Source of the DNA: Polyangia bacterium
GTDB taxonomy: Bacteria; Myxococcota_A; Polyangia; JAAYKL01
Assembly: GCA_050287845.1 (NCBI GenBank)
Contig: JBNKCR010000034.1
Span: forward strand, 42,704-106,703
Length of the DNA stretch: 64,000 nt
Direction of reading: 5' to 3'
The notes beneath the pieces are model-generated. The model was not told the origin of the DNA and did no database searches. It saw nothing but the letters and a program-made list of their open reading frames with translations. Below, piece by piece: positions 59,709 to 64,000 of this stretch (position 1 is the first letter of the stretch; each line of letters begins with the position of its first letter). Made by a program: the position numbers and the translations under genes.

Positions 59709-60572
59709 CTAAAATGTTCCCACAATCCGGATGGCGCCCATGCCCGGTGCCACAAAGCCACTGGCGCTCATTCTGATAAATCCTTCGAGGTGTTTGGGGA
59801 CCGCAGGCTTGCGGGGTCTGGCCGGCGCGAGTACAAACATCACCAGTGACGTGAGCGTCGCCGTAAGCCCGACGGGCAAAAAGACAGCGGTCATCACTTT
59901 GTTATTCTTCATACTGCTTTCGGTATCCCGCAGATATGTGCGGTATTCCCGGATGTCTGCTGGATTTGTCAGCTGATTGAATTCCGCTTCCGCAGAATCG
60001 TAGTCGTCACTCTGTGTTTTGTACTTGCTCAACGTTACAAGGCCAGCGATGGTCAGGCCCAGTCCGGTGGGGAGCAGAATACCGGCGGTTATCATATACG
60101 GTTTTCGGCGCAGCTGTACTTTATCATTGGCTGTTTTCCAATCATCGTACGCCAGTTGCCATTGTTTTATCTCCGCGTTCCGCCGCAACTTTGTCTGTTC
60201 ATCCCGTTTTCGTTGACTTTCCCGCCGTTCTTCATTGGTGAGTGGCACCAGAAGTTGTCCATTCACTTCATGGACGCTACCGGGGGTGACCTGTATGGCG
60301 TAGGTCTCCGCGGTTCCGTTGGCTTCCAGACGAATCACGTAATTGCCTCTTGGAAATCCGTCCCGATAGGGGGTCTGGCCCACGTACCGGTCATTCACAA
60401 AAATTTCAGCAACAAGGGGAACTGGCGCTTTGGTGGTCTCCTTCACGCCGGTGACGGAAATGATAACTTCGCCGTAATAGCTGGAATCATTGCCCGGGGC
60501 CTGGGCAATGGCAAGATGGGAGAAAAGATATCCAGTCGCTATCGCAAGCCATCGTAAGCCGTGGTTTCGCAT
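59709..60572 (-). CDS. PEGA domain protein with two hydrophobic helices
   Basis: AEIFVNDRYVGQTP...GNYVIRL; C-terminal GAIRIVGTF. Confidence 0.75.
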   Translation of the reverse strand: MRNHGLRWLAIATGYLFSHLAIAQAPGNDSSYYGEVIISVTGVKETTKAPVPLVAEIFVNDRYVGQTPYRDGFPRGNYVIRLEANGTAETYAIQVTPGSVHEVNGQLLVPLTNEERRESQRKRDEQTKLRRNAEIKQWQLAYDDWKTANDKVQLRRKPYMITAGILLPTGLGLTIAGLVTLSKYKTQSDDYDSAEAEFNQLTNPADIREYRTYLRDTESSMKNNKVMTAVFLPVGLTATLTSLVMFVLAPARPRKPAVPKHLEGFIRMSASGFVAPGMGAIRIVGTF

Positions 60573-60675
60573 GAGTGTCTCCTGCAGGGATCATTCGGGT
60601 GATATTTTCAATTCAGAAAAATAAATATTGGGCCACCATATAAAAAATATCAGTTTCAGACAAGAATTCCTTTGC

Positions 60676-63639
60676 TCAGGGCTGATATTCCACCGCACCG
60701 ATGTCCGTGTAGTCCGGTGTTCCCACGCCTGTATTGACGGTGCCGGGATCATCGATTCTGGCGTTGCCCGCTTTATCGAGTGCCGGGGCCACATCGCCGT
60801 TTCCGGCATCGATTCCCGGAAAATCGGCGTCCACGTCGACTTCGTCCCCGGTTTCATACGGCACAACGATATTGCCCGCACCGGGGGTATCGCTTTCCAC
60901 AATGCTGTACGTGACAGTAGCGGGATTCACGGTCTCTGGAGTGTCCACAACGGTAGTCGCCAGACCACTTCCCCATATCACACTGTTTACAATCTCCACG
61001 TCCTGACTCCCCAGATTGTGATTGTAGAAGAAGGCTGTGTCCGCGCAAATATCCGGATCAATGCTTACTTTGGCCGTGCAGTTGGTTATTTGCATTGATG
61101 AGTTCTCGTTGTAAATATGACCCAGCATGCAGTTCTGTGACGTTGAATTCAATCGGGTGTTTTCTATCAGACCAGCGGAATTGACGCTCGCAATGAACTG
61201 CCCCTGAAACCCGGGAGTGTCAGCAGGTAGGCTTGTGTTTCCGAAATTGGAGTTGCGTATCTCGAACGTGCTGTTCTGCATATAAATGTGCCCTCCGGAA
61301 ATGGCAGTATCGGAGAGAACAATCGCTGCAGGAAGAGTACATTGATTGAGGAATACCTGACTGTCCACAGCGTACATGAATGCTCCATGGGTACCGGTAG
61401 CTTCCAGTCGTGCGTTGTCGCTTGACCATTGATCCACATGAATTTCGGATGAATCCGAATAGATGGCACCTCCGAGGACATCGGCAGCGGCGGAAATCGC
61501 ATTGGTGACCGTCATGTACACGGTACTGCCAGTTGCATGAACGACGCTTCCCCTTTCAGATGACGGATTCAGCATAGTGACTCTATCCGTATAGACTTCG
61601 GCGTTTTGGGCAACAATACATGCTCCCGGGCCGTCATTTCTGAAATTTTGAAAAACCAGTTCTCGAAGCAGCACAGGTGTGTCCTGTGCATCAATACCCA
61701 CTTTTCCGTTAAACAGATCAAAATTGTCCAGGGTGGCCCCTGAAATTTCATGCGCTGTAATACATGAATCCACTGTAGAGGAAGTATTGCCTGCTTCATG
61801 ACAGTAAATGTCAGAAGACATGTTGTCGGGACGGTCGGCCAGTGAGGTTTCTGTTCCTTCAAATCCCCCGCGCAGGGCGATACCGGATGCGAGGGCAATG
61901 GTATCCGTGGGGGCGGACTGGTACACAAAATAGCCGTTATCAATGTCTTTCACCCACACTTCGCATTGGGTGCCACCGTCTGCGGCCATGGCTGCGGACG
62001 CGGAATCGATGGCGTCCTGTATTTTCGAAAAGGCGGTGGCCCAGCTCAGGCCGGATGGATTGGCAAGGGCCAGGTCGCCATCCACGTACCGGACGCACAG
62101 GGCCACCGTGGCATCGCAGTCTTCCCCGCCAAATGCGGAGGGACACAGGTCGCAATCGCTCCCGGTCCAGTTCCCCGCGCATTCCGTGCAGTTGCTTTTT
62201 TCGGTGAAATTGGAGGGACATACGTCGCAGTGATCACCGGTCCACTCATTGGCGCAGTCATGGCAATTGCTGTCCACGATGAAGTTGGCCGGACACTCAT
62301 TGCAATCGTCACCGGTCCAGCCGTTGATGCATTCATTGCAGGCTCTGAAGGGATCAAAATTTATCGGACATTCGTTGCAATTGTCGCCGGTCCAATGATT
62401 GATGCAGTCGGAACAGTTGCTCGCGCTCTCCACCCGGGTCGGACACGCATCGCAATTTTCGCCATACCAATGGTTCGCGCATTCGGCGCAACCGCTTTCC
62501 ACCGTGAAATTTTCCGGGCAGATATTGCAATCGTCGCCGGTCCAGCGGTTGATACATGCCGTACACCCATTATCCGCGTCGAAATTTTCCGGACAGACAT
62601 CACACGCATCGCCGGTCCACTGCTTGGCGCATTCGCTGCAGTTGCTATCCGCCGTGAAATTTTCGGGGCACACATCGCAGGTTTTTCCGGTCCAGTGATT
62701 GGCGCATCCGGAACAGTTCAACGCCGCGTTGAAATTCGCCGGGCAGATGTCACAATTGTCGCCCTCCCATTGATTGGCACATACCCTGCAATTGCTGCTC
62801 CGGACGAAATTCTCCGGACATACCAGACATGCCTCCCCGGTCCAATGATTGGCACATTCGGTGCAACCGCTTTCCACGGTGAAATTCTCGCCGCACAGGG
62901 TACAGTTGATGCCGGTCAGATTTCCGCTGCATGCGGTGCAGTCGCTTTCTGTGGTATAGTTTTCCGGACAGATGCTGCAGTCTTCGCCGGTCCAATGGTT
63001 GGCGCATCCGGTGCAACCGGTGGTGGCGTCGAACCGGGGCGGACAGACGTCGCAGTTGACTCCGGACCAGTTCGCCAGGCACTGGGTGCATTGGGTGGCC
63101 ATGTCCCGGTTGCCGGCGCAGACTTCGCATCCTGTGGTCCCATCATATCCCGGTGGACAGATGTCGCAGTTGACCCCGGTCCAGTTTCCGGTGCACTCGG
63201 TGCATGCCGTCTCAATATCGAAGTTGCCGATACAGCTCTGACATCCATCTGCCGCATTGTGATGGGGCAGGCAGCTTGCGCAATTGGTCGAGGCATCGAA
63301 GCCGTCCGGACACTGGTCGCAATCTTCGCCTTCCCACTGATTCAGACAGGTGCACTCCGCCACTCCGTCACTGGCCACACACACCGAAGTGGCGCTGCAC
63401 TGCTTCACCGAATCCTCGGGGACATTGCAGGCGTCAAACCAGACAATCGCGCCGTCTATGCATCCCTGCTGAACATGACTTGGGGCAATGCATGCGGCAA
63501 CTCCGGTCTCGGGGTCGTTTTTACACTCTTCACAGGGGCGGCACGAATCGCAGGCATGTTTCTCCGTGGGCACATCGCATCCGGATAGAATGGCAGTAAA
63601 AAACAACCACAGGAGCAGATATGATTTCAGTTGAGTCAT
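60676..63639 (-). CDS. Large surface lipoprotein with about 15 laminin-EGF-like Cys repeats and a beta-helix/choice-of-anchor-Q-like C-terminus
   Basis: Lipobox LSGC; 25-aa unit CANHWTGxxCxxCPENFxxxxxCxx; RYVD...GLSWATAFSKIQDAI; IDAG...DKAGNAR...DIGAVEYQP. Confidence 0.85.
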   Translation of the reverse strand: MTQLKSYLLLWLFFTAILSGCDVPTEKHACDSCRPCEECKNDPETGVAACIAPSHVQQGCIDGAIVWFDACNVPEDSVKQCSATSVCVASDGVAECTCLNQWEGEDCDQCPDGFDASTNCASCLPHHNAADGCQSCIGNFDIETACTECTGNWTGVNCDICPPGYDGTTGCEVCAGNRDMATQCTQCLANWSGVNCDVCPPRFDATTGCTGCANHWTGEDCSICPENYTTESDCTACSGNLTGINCTLCGENFTVESGCTECANHWTGEACLVCPENFVRSSNCRVCANQWEGDNCDICPANFNAALNCSGCANHWTGKTCDVCPENFTADSNCSECAKQWTGDACDVCPENFDADNGCTACINRWTGDDCNICPENFTVESGCAECANHWYGENCDACPTRVESASNCSDCINHWTGDNCNECPINFDPFRACNECINGWTGDDCNECPANFIVDSNCHDCANEWTGDHCDVCPSNFTEKSNCTECAGNWTGSDCDLCPSAFGGEDCDATVALCVRYVDGDLALANPSGLSWATAFSKIQDAIDSASAAMAADGGTQCEVWVKDIDNGYFVYQSAPTDTIALASGIALRGGFEGTETSLADRPDNMSSDIYCHEAGNTSSTVDSCITAHEISGATLDNFDLFNGKVGIDAQDTPVLLRELVFQNFRNDGPGACIVAQNAEVYTDRVTMLNPSSERGSVVHATGSTVYMTVTNAISAAADVLGGAIYSDSSEIHVDQWSSDNARLEATGTHGAFMYAVDSQVFLNQCTLPAAIVLSDTAISGGHIYMQNSTFEIRNSNFGNTSLPADTPGFQGQFIASVNSAGLIENTRLNSTSQNCMLGHIYNENSSMQITNCTAKVSIDPDICADTAFFYNHNLGSQDVEIVNSVIWGSGLATTVVDTPETVNPATVTYSIVESDTPGAGNIVVPYETGDEVDVDADFPGIDAGNGDVAPALDKAGNARIDDPGTVNTGVGTPDYTDIGAVEYQP
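62116..63348 (-). repeat. Tandem 75-nt (25-aa) Cys-rich repeats
   Basis: About 15 units visible in the translation, with a few half-units. Confidence 0.9.
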
Positions 63640-63641
63640 GA

Positions 63642-63749
63642 AACACCTCGAAATAGTGAAATTTTACAGATTCTTCAAAATGAGATGAACCATATAACAT
63701 TGGACGATATTGTAAAAGTGCTTTTATGAATTGAGCTATTCGAGGTGTT
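63642..63749. repeat. Inverted repeat bracketing the upstream region of the Cys-repeat lipoprotein gene
   Basis: AACACCTCGAA(A)TAG at 63642-63656 and CTATTCGAGGTGTT at 63736-63749; the 11-bp core is a perfect match. Confidence 0.7.
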
Positions 63750-63868
63750 CTGAATCGTTGTGTTTAAGCGGTTTCTAAAAGCTGTGCAAAAAGAATTACC
63801 CCGGTACTTGTGCAGTAAAGCGACAATTTGAGGGAAAAGTGGTGAAGATACAGGAAAAATACCCCAGC

Positions 63869-64000
63869 TCAGTCAGAGTCCCGCTGTGGTGAGGAACGCG
63901 CTTGCGCGTGTCTCGAATCCGCGCGGGACAGTTTAGCTCTGCTGGCGAGATTCTTCAGTTCATCAAAATCGCCGCGAATGAGCGCTTCCTTTTTTCTTCT
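63869..64000 (-). CDS. 3' end of a probable GIY-YIG nuclease family gene (partial)
   Basis: Minus frame reads RRKKEALIRGDFDELKNLA..., the typical C-terminal motif of small GIY-YIG proteins. The tail runs through a REP-like hairpin at 63881-63920. Confidence 0.55.
   Translation of the reverse strand, partial: RRKKEALIRGDFDELKNLASRAKLSRADSRHAQARSSPQRDSD

Noticed and set aside
62116..63348. Multiheme cytochrome c
   Set aside because: There are many CxxC pairs, but none is followed directly by His (no CxxCH).
61966..63588. 540-aa plus-strand ORF (and similar long antisense ORFs at 7053-8366, 23234-24430, 39825-40961, 57599-58834)
   Set aside because: These are shadow frames opposite well-supported genes and carry no motifs of their own.

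Overview
This 64-kb window looks like chromosome from a Myxococcota/deltaproteobacterial organism. That placement is inferred from FrgA-like, DUF6178-like, fibro-slime/myxobacterial Cys-repeat, vWA and PEGA proteins. Housekeeping genes (prmA, rsmE, nadD, cpoB, rsmD, coaD, uvrA) are interleaved with about a dozen predicted lipoproteins, many carrying acidic Asp/Ser/Thr stalks. I see no tRNA, rRNA, CRISPR array, integrase or transposase. Two loci stand out. (1) At 33618-38112 (minus strand) a cytoplasmic group-3-like [NiFe]-hydrogenase operon has no MvhD/Hdr, diaphorase or membrane partner. It is instead built with a Roadblock/LC7 (MglB-like) protein, two paralogous V4R-like proteins and a 2[4Fe-4S] ferredoxin, so it is a candidate H2/redox-signalling module. 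(2) At about 43860-50115 an AT-richer nickel-uptake island has a palindromic NikR-type operator, two uncharacterised Cys-rich lipoproteins, a TonB-dependent receptor, a non-NikM ECF transporter, a methyltransferase and nikR. Other oddities are a lipoprotein/PDZ-like protein fused to a degenerate NuoH-like membrane domain, a lipoprotein ending in about 119 residues of only Asp/Ser, an inverted repeat bracketing the promoter of a large Cys-repeat surface protein, and several genes with leaderless-type promoter geometry. All family calls come from motif recognition by eye; no database searches were run.
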